DNA from: Octopus vulgaris
Lineage: Eukaryota
Assembly (NCBI GenBank): GCA_951406725.2
Contig: OX597827.1
Span: 33,790,001-33,854,000, forward strand
DNA length: 64,000 nucleotides
Reading direction: 5' to 3'
The notes under the pieces were generated by a model that did not search any database, had not been told where the DNA came from, and saw only the letters and a list, made by a program, of their open reading frames with translations. The translations under genes were made by a program, and so were the position numbers. Of the stretch, positions 27,657 to 38,501 are shown piece after piece. Numbering within the stretch: position 1 is the stretch's first letter; each line of letters begins with the position of its first letter.

Positions 27657-28048
27657 TCGTAAAGTATATTTGCCACTTAAATGTGGTTAACCCTTAAGGG
27701 TTGATGCTACTGTAGCTTGTAGCCCCAGGAAGACATCTCCTCCAGCTGGCTATTGACACACTTTCTGGACCCTATCAGTATTTCCGAAGGTAAGTCATCC
27801 TTCCCATCTCCAGCCTGACATAATACACATGGACCTGGGTTTCTGGGTAGGGTCAATACCCAGAAACCCGGGTCTGTATGTATCACGACATGCTGGAGAT
27901 GAGAAGGATGATTTCCTTTTGCAAGTACTGATAGGGCACAGAAAGTGTGTCAATAGCCAGCTGGAGATGTCTTCCTGGGGCTACAAGCTACAGTAGCATC
28001 AACCCTTAAGGGTTAGCCACATTTAAGGGACAAATATACTTCACAATA
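27657..28048. mobile_element. Fully palindromic (foldback/MITE-like) element, arms about 190 bp, 9-nt loop
   Basis: 'gtaaagtatatttgccacttaaatgtggttaacccttaagggttgatgc...gggtttctgggt|agggtcaat|acccagaaaccc...gcatcaacccttaagggttagccacatttaagggacaaatatacttcac'. Confidence 0.88.
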
Positions 28049-28065
28049 TATATATATGTATATAT

Positions 28066-29001
28066 ACTTTTATTCTTTTACTTGTTTCAGTCATTTTGAC
28101 TGTGGCCATGCTGGAGCACTGCCTTTTTAATCAAAGAAATCAACCCCTGGACTTATTCTTTGTAAGCCTGGTACCTATTTTATCAGTCTCTTTTGCCGAA
28201 CTGCTAGTTACAGGGACATAAACAAACCAGCATTGGTTGTCAAGCGATGGTGGCAGGGCAAACACAGACAAAAACACACAAATATTTATACATACATATA
28301 TACATGCATATATATGTAGATGTCCGATTGATGTACTTGGTACAGACATGGTTGTATTTATTATTATTATTAATATTAATAGTAATTTTTATTGACTTTT
28401 ATAGGTTTATAATTTTATGAACTGAACTGTGTTTTTTATTATTTTTTATGTATATGTCTGATTTAAATTTAAATGTGAGTGTGCATATATTTTCCTGTAG
28501 GTTAGTTTTGGAACTAGTAGCCCAATATGTAGAATAACTGTGTTTGTTAATATATATTGATATATTTTGTTTTGTTTATTTTGTATTATTGTATTAATGA
28601 GTATATATATATGTGTAGTATTATGAGTGTCTATGCACACGTTTTTATATTTTATATTTTTATATTTATATGTATAAAAAAAATTTTTTCACACTTATAA
28701 TAAATTAAATTCTCTGAAGAGGCCGTGGGGCATCCTTGTTAATGTCTCATTTATACCTGCCTTATATGGCTTATAGGTTAAATGAGGCATACTTGCCCTT
28801 ATGGCCGAAACAGCTGTCAGATATGATATAATTATATATTATATTTTATATTTCTATTTCCTTGTCTAATTATATTTACAATATATTTTGTATAATGCCT
28901 TTGCTGTTATGTAATGGTGTAATAAATTATTGATTGGGTATCATCTGATGGTTGATGTTTGATTGATTTAAGTATGTTTCTCCATTTTCTAATTTTGTAG
29001 T

Positions 29002-29032
<31 letters not shown>

Positions 29033-29176
29033 AGCTTCTTTCAGTTTCCATCTACCAAATCCACTCACAAGGCTTTGGTTGGCCTGAGGCTATAGTAGAA
29101 GACACTAGCCCAAGGTGTCATGCAGTAGAATTGAGCTCAGAACCACGTGATTGGGAAGTAAGCTTCTTACCACACA
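28066..29176 (-). mobile_element. SINE family A split by an HHR-bearing AT-rich insert of about 700 bp at its microsatellite
   Basis: 3' half 28066-28310; 5' half 29025-29176. Confidence 0.8.
28711..28821 (+). ncRNA. Hammerhead ribozyme, intact core, 86-nt stem II
   Basis: tct-CTGAAGA(28714-20)-ggccgtggggca..atgtctcattta..acct.gcc/ggc.aggt..taaatgaggcat..tgcccttatggcc-GAAA(28807-10)-cagctG-TC-aga. Confidence 0.85.
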
Positions 29177-29537
29177 TTGTTTAATGTCTGCCTTCCATGC
29201 GGGCATGGGTTGGACAGTTTGACAGGAGCTGGCCAGGCAGGAGCCTGCATCAGATTTCTGTGTCTGTTTTGGCAGGGTTTATACGGCTGGGTGCCTTTCC
29301 TAATACCAACCACCCAGCAGAGTGAATTATATATGTATGTATATATATATGAAGCAGATAGGGGGCGAAAAAATCCAAGCATTGTCCTCCTGAAGCACAT
29401 CTGCTTATTCCAGTCTTATAATTTAGTATATAGTTGTCATTGTTGTATTTGATGTGAGGTACATATTAGAGTTGAAAATTCTGGAAATATTGTATAACAA
29501 AATAGGAATCTGGAAAATATTTTTAGTATTATTTATT

Positions 29538-29746
29538 CACCATTACACATGTTTCATTTGCTAATAGGAATCACAAAATTGTACATGTTAGTTAAACATG
29601 CAAGAAATTTCTTATTCTTGAGACAGAATCAGATAACATAATTTGATTAACTGTCTCAGGAATTTCTAATAGGAAATTACTTACATGTTTATCCAACATG
29701 TACAATTCTGTGATTCCTATTAGCAAATGAAATATGTATAATGGTG
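29538..29746. repeat. Imperfect palindrome of about 210 bp (foldback/MITE-like)
   Basis: 'caccattacacatgtttcatttgctaataggaatcacaaaattgtacatgtt' versus 'aacatgtacaattctgtgattcctattagcaaatgaaatatgtataatggtg'. Confidence 0.85.
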
Positions 29747-29772
29747 ATTAATATATATATATATACACACAT

Positions 29773-30005
29773 ATATATATATGTATATATATATGAGGGG
29801 GTGCTGAAAAGTTCCTGGCTTTGGGTAAAAAAAAATATGGCAAGATCAGTTAATTATGACTTTATCCAACATATTGCCCTCTCAGATTCATACACTTATT
29901 GCAGTGATCCTTCAGTTTTTCTAAGCCCTGTAAAGGAATGTGGAAGGTTGGGCTTCCAACCAGGCCTTTTGCGATATCCTTAAAGCCAGGAACTTTCAGT
30001 CCCTC
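29773..30005. mobile_element. Mariner-type MITE
   Basis: TIRs 'gagggggtgctgaaaagttcctggcttt' / 'aaagccaggaactttcagtccctc' after a TA run. Confidence 0.75.
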
Positions 30006-30351
30006 CCACCTCACATGTATACACGTATAAAATTTCTATGCACACTTGCACACACATATTTTTATATCTCCATGACTACCAAAGGTAGATAAATGGAGGT
30101 TTTGGAACATTGTTTAACAATTGGATTGAGTACATATACTGTTCAAATGCACTTAGGAAGGTGCAAAACACACAATATCATATTTACTTTTTACCTTCTA
30201 TAACTCAAAGGCTTTATACATAAGTATATTCTTCTCATCTTTTACAAGCACCTATACAAAAAGATAGGACTATTGGTTTCATGTTAACAATGAACGTATT
30301 TTGTTAATTCATGAACGAGTCAAAATATTTCTAGTTGTAGAATTGTTTGCA

Positions 30352-30583
30352 AGGTGGCGAGCTGGCAGAAACATTAGCATGCGGGCGAAATGCTTAGCGG
30401 TTTTTCATCTGCTGTTACGTGCTGAGTTCACATTCCGCTGAGGTTGACTTGCCTTTCATCCTTTCAGGGTCGATAAATTAAGTACCAGTTATGCACTGGG
30501 GTTGATGTAATCGACTTAACCCCTGTCTGTCCTTATTTGTCCCCTCTATGTTTAGCCCTTTGTGGGCAATAAAGAAATAAGAA
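30352..30583 (+). mobile_element. SINE family B, full-length
   Basis: 'ggtggcgagctggcagaaacattagc...gagttcacattccg...gcctttcatcctttcagggtcgataaattaagtacc...aataaagaaataag'. Confidence 0.9.
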
Positions 30584-31531
30584 TTGCTAGCAAAATATGT
30601 TCCTTGTCAGCATGAAACTATTGGCTCCCAGCTTTCTCACCTATATTCCATTATAAAATTTATTAATTTATTTCCTAACTTCTGCTCTTATATACTCCTT
30701 CTTTCTATTTGTTCTACATACATACATGTTTATATATATATATATATAATCATTTCATATACACAATTTAGAAAAGTGTCAATGTACCATGGATGTCAAC
30801 TTGGAAGTTCCTTTCCTGATACATTCCATTCTCTTGATACAAAATAGTGCCAGTGGTAGGATATGATGGTTGGCAATCCAAAAACATGCTCTTTGAAGTT
30901 GGTTGGTCTTACACCACATCTCCTCTCAGGTACTCATCTCTTCTCCTTTTGTCACCTATATTGAGTGAGTGAGTGTGTGTGTGTGTGTGTGTGTGTGCAT
31001 GTGTCCTCATTCCTGGCCCTACACTAATCCCTGCCATCTAATCCTTCTTCCCTAGAATTCCCTCCCTGCACATGTTCAAGAGGAATATCAATTACATTAT
31101 TCTTGGCAGTCTTGGAGGCCTTGTAGAAGATCAAGAGCACAGACCCTTCTTTCATAATAAACTATTGAAAATATAAAGTTACCCTCTCTATTTGGTCATT
31201 GACTTCTCCACATACATGTATGCGTACACACACATAATCTCTAACCAGCTGGTATTATTTCATTTCTAGAATACTCTATTAATATGTAACAGAAAGATAA
31301 CAATCACACGTACTGTAATGAACAACCATAATGATGTTGATGACAAGAATGACAATGATGGTGTTGTTGATGATGATGCTGCTGCTGTTGCCAATGATGA
31401 TGATGATGTTGATGGCAATGATGATGATGATGATGATGATGATGAAGCAACAAAACTTCAAACCAATGTCTTTGCAGAATAACCTGCTACACTTTATTTC
31501 AGAAATGCTATTTGAACATGTTGCAATTGTG

Positions 31532-33694
31532 TTAATCAGCTGCAGTTTTTTGTACTTGCTTGCCACCACCACTAGTGCTGCCACCGCCACCGCCACCACC
31601 ACCACTACTGCCAACACCACTGCTATCTCCACCAAATTGTGAAGCTGAAGAACCAGGCGAATTGGTCCAGTCTCCACCAGAACCTGTTAAGTGTGGGATT
31701 GAAAATGGTCTTGACCAGAAATAATTGCTATCCCAAGTTTGCGGCATCTGGGACAAGTAGGAAGAGTTCACCCATGGAGACCCAATAGCAGGTGGTTGGA
31801 GACAAAGGGCTGAAGTGGAGGAAAGTGGCTGATTTGATGGGAAGTTCTCTTGGCGCTCCTTGTGGGAATTTTTAGCTTTTGACTGTTTTGATTGTCCGTT
31901 GGATATCATTGTCTGTTGGAGGGAATTTCTGCGCATGTCAGTTGTTGATGATAGATTAAGACAGTTCTGTGATACATTAGAACTATTAGAGTCTGAGAAT
32001 GGCATTTCATAATTGTGGTGAGTGCGTAAATGATTTTTCAGATTAGCCTTTTGTGCAAAAGACTTTTCACAAAATTGACAATGAAATGACTTTTGACCTG
32101 AATGTGTTCGTCTGTGGTTATCTAAGTTAGCTCTCTGTGAGAATGACTTTGAACACAACTCACATGAGAAAGGCTTTTCTCCAGTGTGTGTTCGACGGTG
32201 GCTGTCTAAATTTGCTCTTTGGGGGAAGGATTTATCACACAGATCACACTTGAATGGACGTTCTCCTGTATGCGTACGCCTGTGACTGTCCAAGTTTGCT
32301 CTCTGACAGAAAGATTTTGGGCAGAATTCGCAACTGTATGGTCTTTCACCAGAATGAGTCCTCATGTGAATTTTTAGATTTCCTTGCTGAGCAAAACTTT
32401 TCCTACAAACTATACAGACATATGGTTTTAAACCTGTGTGTGTACGTTCATGATTTTTCAGGTCTGTTTGTTGAGAAAAACCTCGAGTGCAGAACTGACA
32501 AACAAATGGTTTTTCTCCTGTATGAGTTCTTATATGATTTTTAAGATTGATATTTAGTGTGAAGCTTTTACTGCACTCTGGACATTGAAACAGTTTCTCT
32601 CCAGTATGAATTCGGCGATGACTGTCGAGATTTGCTTTCTGGCAAAAAGACTTACTGCACAAATCGCAGCTATATGGTTTTTCACCAGAGTGAGTTCGGA
32701 AATGCACTTTCAGATTTCCTTGCTGAGCAAATGATTTGCAGCACACAGTACAAATGTAAGGTTTTTGACCTGTGTGAGTTCGTTCATGATTCTTCAAGTC
32801 TGTTTGTTGTGCAAATGCTTTAGGGCAGTAGGTACAAACATATGGCCGTTCACCACTGTGTATACGATAATGTGTTTTCAAATTGATTTGCTGTGAAAAA
32901 GCTTTGCTGCATATATTGCACTCATACAATTTCTCCCCAGTATGGATGCGTTCATGATTCTTCAGGTTTGTCTGTTGCGTAAATGACTTGGAACACGTAC
33001 TGCAAGCGTAAGGCTTCACACCTGTATGGGTGCGGATGTGACTATCCAGATTTGCTCTCTGTGAAAAGCATTTGTCGCAGAATTCACAATGGAAAGGCCG
33101 CTCACCAGTGTGGGTGCGTCGGTGATTGTCAAAATTTGCCCGTTGGGCAAAGGTTTTATTACAGAATTCACAGCTATATGGTTTCTCACCACTGTGTGTC
33201 ATCTGATGAGTTTTTAGGTGGGCCCGCTGTGAAAATGCCTTACTGCAGTGGCCACAATAAAAATGCTTTTCATCAGCTGGTGCCCGTTCATGATTGTCAA
33301 GATTAGTTCTTCGTGCAAAGCCCTTACGGCAGATTTCGCACTTGTAAGGTTTCTGTGAGGTTGCGTTTATAGAGATTCCTGCAGATGGAATATTATTACC
33401 AGTGCTAGGCATGCCATTACTGTTACTGTTGTTGCTGTTATTGTTGTTATTGTTGTTGCTGTTGTTGTTGCAGTTGTTGCTGTTATTATTGTTGTTGATT
33501 TGTCCAGGCTGGTTAAGTTTGGCAGGTTTTTGGCTGTATAACCCACTTGCAGCAACATGTGGGTCTCTTGAGAGGAATACTTTATTGCATAGATCATAAC
33601 TGAACTGGTTTCCTAAGGCATACATAGACTGGAGAGAATACATGAGCTTGGAATATTCAGAACTTGAACAGTTCTCCAGTGTGTACTTCATCAT
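31532..33694 (-). CDS. Tandem C2H2 zinc-finger protein (16 fingers, first lacking the second His; N-terminal poly-Asn, C-terminal Ser/Gly-rich tail); coding region intronless
   Basis: 720-aa ORF with repeated CxxCx3Fx5Lx2Hx3H units and TGE(K/R)P linkers between about 33346 and 32015; no KRAB, BTB or SET domain recognisable. Confidence 0.97.
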   Translation of the reverse strand: MMKYTLENCSSSEYSKLMYSLQSMYALGNQFSYDLCNKVFLSRDPHVAASGLYSQKPAKLNQPGQINNNNNSNNCNNNSNNNNNNNSNNSNSNGMPSTGNNIPSAGISINATSQKPYKCEICRKGFARRTNLDNHERAPADEKHFYCGHCSKAFSQRAHLKTHQMTHSGEKPYSCEFCNKTFAQRANFDNHRRTHTGERPFHCEFCDKCFSQRANLDSHIRTHTGVKPYACSTCSKSFTQQTNLKNHERIHTGEKLYECNICSKAFSQQINLKTHYRIHSGERPYVCTYCPKAFAQQTDLKNHERTHTGQKPYICTVCCKSFAQQGNLKVHFRTHSGEKPYSCDLCSKSFCQKANLDSHRRIHTGEKLFQCPECSKSFTLNINLKNHIRTHTGEKPFVCQFCTRGFSQQTDLKNHERTHTGLKPYVCIVCRKSFAQQGNLKIHMRTHSGERPYSCEFCPKSFCQRANLDSHRRTHTGERPFKCDLCDKSFPQRANLDSHRRTHTGEKPFSCELCSKSFSQRANLDNHRRTHSGQKSFHCQFCEKSFAQKANLKNHLRTHHNYEMPFSDSNSSNVSQNCLNLSSTTDMRRNSLQQTMISNGQSKQSKAKNSHKERQENFPSNQPLSSTSALCLQPPAIGSPWVNSSYLSQMPQTWDSNYFWSRPFSIPHLTGSGGDWTNSPGSSASQFGGDSSGVGSSGGGGGGGGSTSGGGKQVQKTAAD

Positions 33695-34300
33695 GATGTT
33701 GTTATTGTTACTATTGTTGCTTAGCTCTAGGTCAGCCCTAAATAGGTTGACCTAAGATCAAAAGTTTTCAAGATGTGTCCACGCTGTTTTGTTTTCAGCA
33801 ATAATATATCAAGGGCTACATTATTCAATATGCTCTTTGTTTTTGTTTTTTAAGGTGTGATTTGTAAGTGATATGGCTGCTATTTTGACTCCATAGAGGC
33901 TCCCTCATTCTTCAATTATGTGTAAGAATAATCAAAACATTCCTTACAAAGTCACATCTCTGGGTCATAAGGTCCCTTCATTGCTCTGTAACAGTTTGTT
34001 AAGCATTCTATTCAAGAGATAATGAAAAAAGACATCTTTAAAAATCAGTTGTTAATGACTGAAAAATTATTGATGGTAGACCATCAATAATAGTGCAGGG
34101 TTAAAAAACCAAAGCAGATTCACCACTGATGAAGGTAAAATTATGGAAGGAGTTCTGGAGCTGAGTAACATTAATGAATAATAGACAAAGAAGACAAACA
34201 GGAAAACTTCATGAAAGATAGTTATAGTCTGTTCCAGGCTAAAGTGGTTAGAGGTTAAATAAAAATTTCTCTCTAGGTAGTCATACAGCTGTGTTTGTGT
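33695..34300 (-). other. Candidate 5' UTR part of the zinc-finger terminal exon, containing a repeat E copy (33700-33910)
   Basis: Strong minus-strand acceptor 'gttgtttcttttgtttcag|ac' (AG at 34302-34301); in-frame stop about 60 nt upstream of the ATG. Confidence 0.45.
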
Positions 34301-34888
34301 CTGAAACAAAAGAAACAACAGGTTATTAAGTGGAATTACTGAAACATTAATTCTACAAGGAGACATTGATATCAGTAAGTTACTTTGCACATTAGGTAAG
34401 GCATGTATATGGTTTTGAAGAATCCACTAGAAATAGCAGGCAAAACTCTCTCAAATCACACCTAACTATCTTAAATAAGAGTAAGGACACATTAAATAAC
34501 ATTATACTGGATACCTTTAAAAATACAGGATAGTCTTTGGGTAAAACATCAACAGCAACAACATTGGGTGTATATATCCTATGATAATTACAGTGTTGGA
34601 TATGAATTTTATAGACACCAATAACTTATTTGTTTACATATCTATTATATATCATGATTTGTGAACAATAATGTTATTTGTTAGAGATTTCTAACATATC
34701 GATCAATGCTTGACTGTATTTATTATGGCAAGAGTGACATGGGAGTTCTTGTGAAACATAATTCAGAACAAACTCTGCAGGATATTTGAGAGCAAAAGCA
34801 AAAGTACCAGTTTATTGGTTTTCTTGCTGATGTGTATATCATTTGATGATGTACATAAAGAGCAATATATACGTATGCAAGACATATG

Positions 34889-34956
<68 letters not shown>

Positions 34957-35299
34957 AATGAATGCATGCATGCATGTATGTATGCATGCATGCATGTATG
35001 TATGAGGCTTGTGTACTAAGTGCAATGCTGTATGGTATAGGGCTAGAATGAAAGGTATCTGCAGAGATTACAAACAAATGAAATATGTACTGCTGGATAT
35101 GTAAATTTAGTATGCATGAATGATGAAGCACAAATGAAGTGAGAGGAAAACTATTATATTTACTCATGTATGAATCTCCTACTTAATTAGGGTTAAATTT
35201 TGGTATAAAATTTTTTCTTCCATAGTTTTAGCTTTGCCCTGTGTATAAGTTGCACACCAGATTTTACAGTTAAAATCAAGTATAAAATAGTGTAACTTA

Positions 35300-35575
35300 T
35301 ACACAAGTATAGTAGGTATAAAAGGAATGAGTTGCAGTGTGCAAGAGAGAAGACTGATGTTATAGTTATGTGATGTATATGGGGTTTGTCTGTAGTATAA
35401 TAGAAGTGCTGAATACTTAAAGTGGAAGGAACTTGTGAAACAGGAAGATGTGGGGAAAAGTAGTGAAGTCTGATTTCAAGAAGCAGAACCTTGTGAAAGA
35501 GATGACAAAAGACTGTAATGATTGATGAGATGCAATTGGTGACATATGATGCTGGAGAAAACCTACCCATTTGTA
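35300..35575 (+). mobile_element. Old RTE-like LINE 3' fragment (further family C-like tail at about 36280-36480)
   Basis: Degenerate 'LKVEGTCETGR...VKSDFKKQNLVKEMTKD' resembling RTE C-termini. Confidence 0.45.
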
Positions 35576-36656
35576 CAAATATATCAGAATAAATGTTAAA
35601 ATATTAATAGCAATGGATGTGAGGATGTATAATTTAACACTGGATCTCTCATTTAAATTTCCATCAACTGCTTCCTCCCCTTCAATACCTTCTCATATTG
35701 CACTCAGTCCTCTCTCCTGATGAGGGACAGCAATGGATCTGACTCCCTTCTCTCCCATCATAACATCTGTGTAACAGGGGACTGTACTAGATCTGACTTT
35801 ATTCAATACACCCTATCACTACCATCCTGCCAGCCAACACACTCTAACCAGTGTTCCTTTTCCACCATCTGTCACTTTTTCTTATGATTGCCCATTCTCT
35901 GTTGATATTCATTACTCTCTCTCTCTCTTATCAGGAAACATGCAACTGCCATCACTATTTCTCTTCCATTACTCCCTCCCCTACAATCCTCTCATGCGAA
36001 TCATACTCCCTTTCTCTTATCATATTCTTTCATCATCTGTCTTGGTTTTTCTGTCATCATTCTTTCTTTGATTCACTATCTTGGTCACACTGCTTCTTAA
36101 TGAACAGACAGAAGAGAACATAAAGTTGGAAGAACTCCTTAGTTTTGTTTGGTACAAGACAACTTCACTAGTGCTGGTGCTGTGATAAAATGCAGTTGTA
36201 CATTCTGTAAAGTGAATGGTAAATAAGCAAAGACAACAAAGTCCTGATCTCTTGAAGTCATGACAACCTCTCAAGCACTAGTGCTAAGGTAAAATGTATG
36301 AGTACACTCTGAAAAGTGGTGGGTTCTAGGAAAGGAATTTACTCATAGAATTCTTGTTAAAATGGAATGTATAAGTGAGACATGGTCACCTGACCTATAC
36401 TGGACTGTTACAACCCATCATACCCATGTCAGAATGGAAAGACAATGTAAAATATGATGATGATGATGATGATGATGATAATGACAGTAATGTTGGCAGT
36501 GATGATGATGATGATGATGGTGATGTTGATAGTGATGGTGGTGACAGAAATATGTTCATGGCAGTTGAAACACAAAAGTGAAAATTATGACAAATGTACA
36601 ATTATTGGCAGAGAGGGGGAGAGGGAAGAGAGATTGAGAGAGAGAAAGAGCAGAGG

Positions 36657-36889
36657 TAATCCTTTAGCATTTAAACCAGCTATATCTGGTCCGAATATTC
36701 TACCTGTTTTATGTTAAAAGTAGCCAGATCCAGCTTCTCACACCACCCTACAATGTCATAATAAAAATTATACAATTACATCATCAAAATCTCGAAGCTA
36801 CAAGATAAAGCACATTTAATTCAAAACAATGTGAATACATAGGTATTGGTATTAAATTTGACAGAGTAATGTGAATGCTGAAGAATTAA
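36657..36889. mobile_element. piggyBac-like MITE (second copy 50301-50525)
   Basis: Two homologous copies of about 230 bp bounded by (t)taa(c)ccttt ... (g)ttaa, i.e. TTAA-type ends. Confidence 0.6.
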
Positions 36890-37993
36890 ATGTTTCAGTT
36901 GTTATGTGGAAGTCAGGTGACTGAACCAGTCTGAACGGATGATACGAATAGATGATAATCAGTAAAAATTGCCACACACTGACAGAAAAGGTTTCCCTAA
37001 CTGAAAAAATTATAGCTACATATTTTCTATGATTAAATCATTTTAGAACAACCGACCTGAGACCAGCACCTCTAAATCATTCATACAAAACCTGTTTGGT
37101 TAGGAAGCTTGCTTCTCAAATCCAGGGTTTCAAGTTCAGTCCCACTGTGTGACACCTTGGGTGAGTGTCTTCTGCTTTAGCCTCAGGCTGACCAAAGCCT
37201 TGTGATTGAATTTGGTAGGCAGAAGTTTCTGTTGTGTGTATACATGTGTGTGAAAGCGCATGTACCTCCTAAAGCTTTTGTAAGTTAGTTAAATTAAAAG
37301 AAAAAAAAAAACACTGACTTTGATGGTTCAGTGTTGTTTTCAGTGATAAGGATCCAGATTTTAATCAACTGGCCTATCTGCTCATTAAAGTCACTCATCA
37401 TCATCATCATCATCATCATCATTTAACATCTGTTGTCCATGTTGGCATGGGCTGGATGGTTTGACCAGAGCTGGCAAGCTGGAGAGCTACACCAGGCTCC
37501 AGTCTGATTTGGCTCGGTTTCTATGGCTGGATGCCCTTCCTAACAGCAACCACGTTACAGAGTATGCAGGGTGTTCTTAAATAAAAATACCCTTAAAATA
37601 CTTCTCAGGTACCATCAGCATAACAAAGCTGTATTTTTGGAATTACAGGTACAACTCATCTTCTTTAAAGAGCAAGAGACAGGAATGAGAAATCCCTCAC
37701 TGCAATCAAATATATTGACATTTTACCACTGTTTAACATCATTCCCCACTGCAATGTGTGTGGGATGATGAGAGAGTGTGGAGAATGAAGGAATAAGAGC
37801 AAGAAAGAGTGCGGGGAATGAAGTAATGTGAGTAATGAAAGAATGTAGAGGAAAGGATGAGCAAGGGGAATGAGCAAGGTAATGTAAGAGCTCTCAGCTA
37901 TAGTCCAGGTTACAGCTAACTACATCAAATAGTAAGAAGCACCAAGTCTCCATATTATTTGTAATTGTTTTGGATTATATACATTTATATATA

Positions 37994-38242
37994 TCTTTTA
38001 TCTTTCACTTGTTTCAATCATTTGACCAAGGCTATGGTGGATCACTGCCTTTGAACAATTTTTAGTTGAGTAAATCGACCCCGGTACTTAATTCTTTTAA
38101 GCCTGTTAATAAGTATTGTATCGGTCTCTTTTGCCAAACCACTAAGTGACTGAGATGTAAACACACCAACAATGGTTGTCAAACAATACTGAGGGACAAA
38201 CACAGGCACAAGAACAGACATGCATGCATGCATACATACACA

Positions 38243-38284
<42 letters not shown>

Positions 38285-38457
38285 TACATACATACATATG
38301 ATGGACTTCTTTCAGTTTCTGTCTACCAAATCCACTCACAAAGCTTTGGCCCAAGGTTATAATAAAAGACACTTTCCCAAAGTATCATGCAGTGGGACTG
38401 AACTTGGAATCATGTAGTTTGGAAGCAAATTTCTTGCCACAGTTATGCCTGTGCCTA
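37994..38457 (-). mobile_element. SINE family A, full-length
   Basis: Reverse complement of the family consensus with expanded (CA)n. Confidence 0.9.
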
Positions 38458-38462
38458 TATAT

Positions 38463-38501
<39 letters not shown>

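Noticed and set aside
31279-31677. Poly-Ile/Val (-) and poly-Met (+) ORFs overlapping the zinc-finger 3' end
   Set aside because: Translations of (CAT/GAT)n and (CAC)n microsatellites
32254-33599. Plus-strand ORFs antisense to the zinc-finger CDS
   Set aside because: Shadow ORFs of the repetitive coding strand with no recognisable motifs
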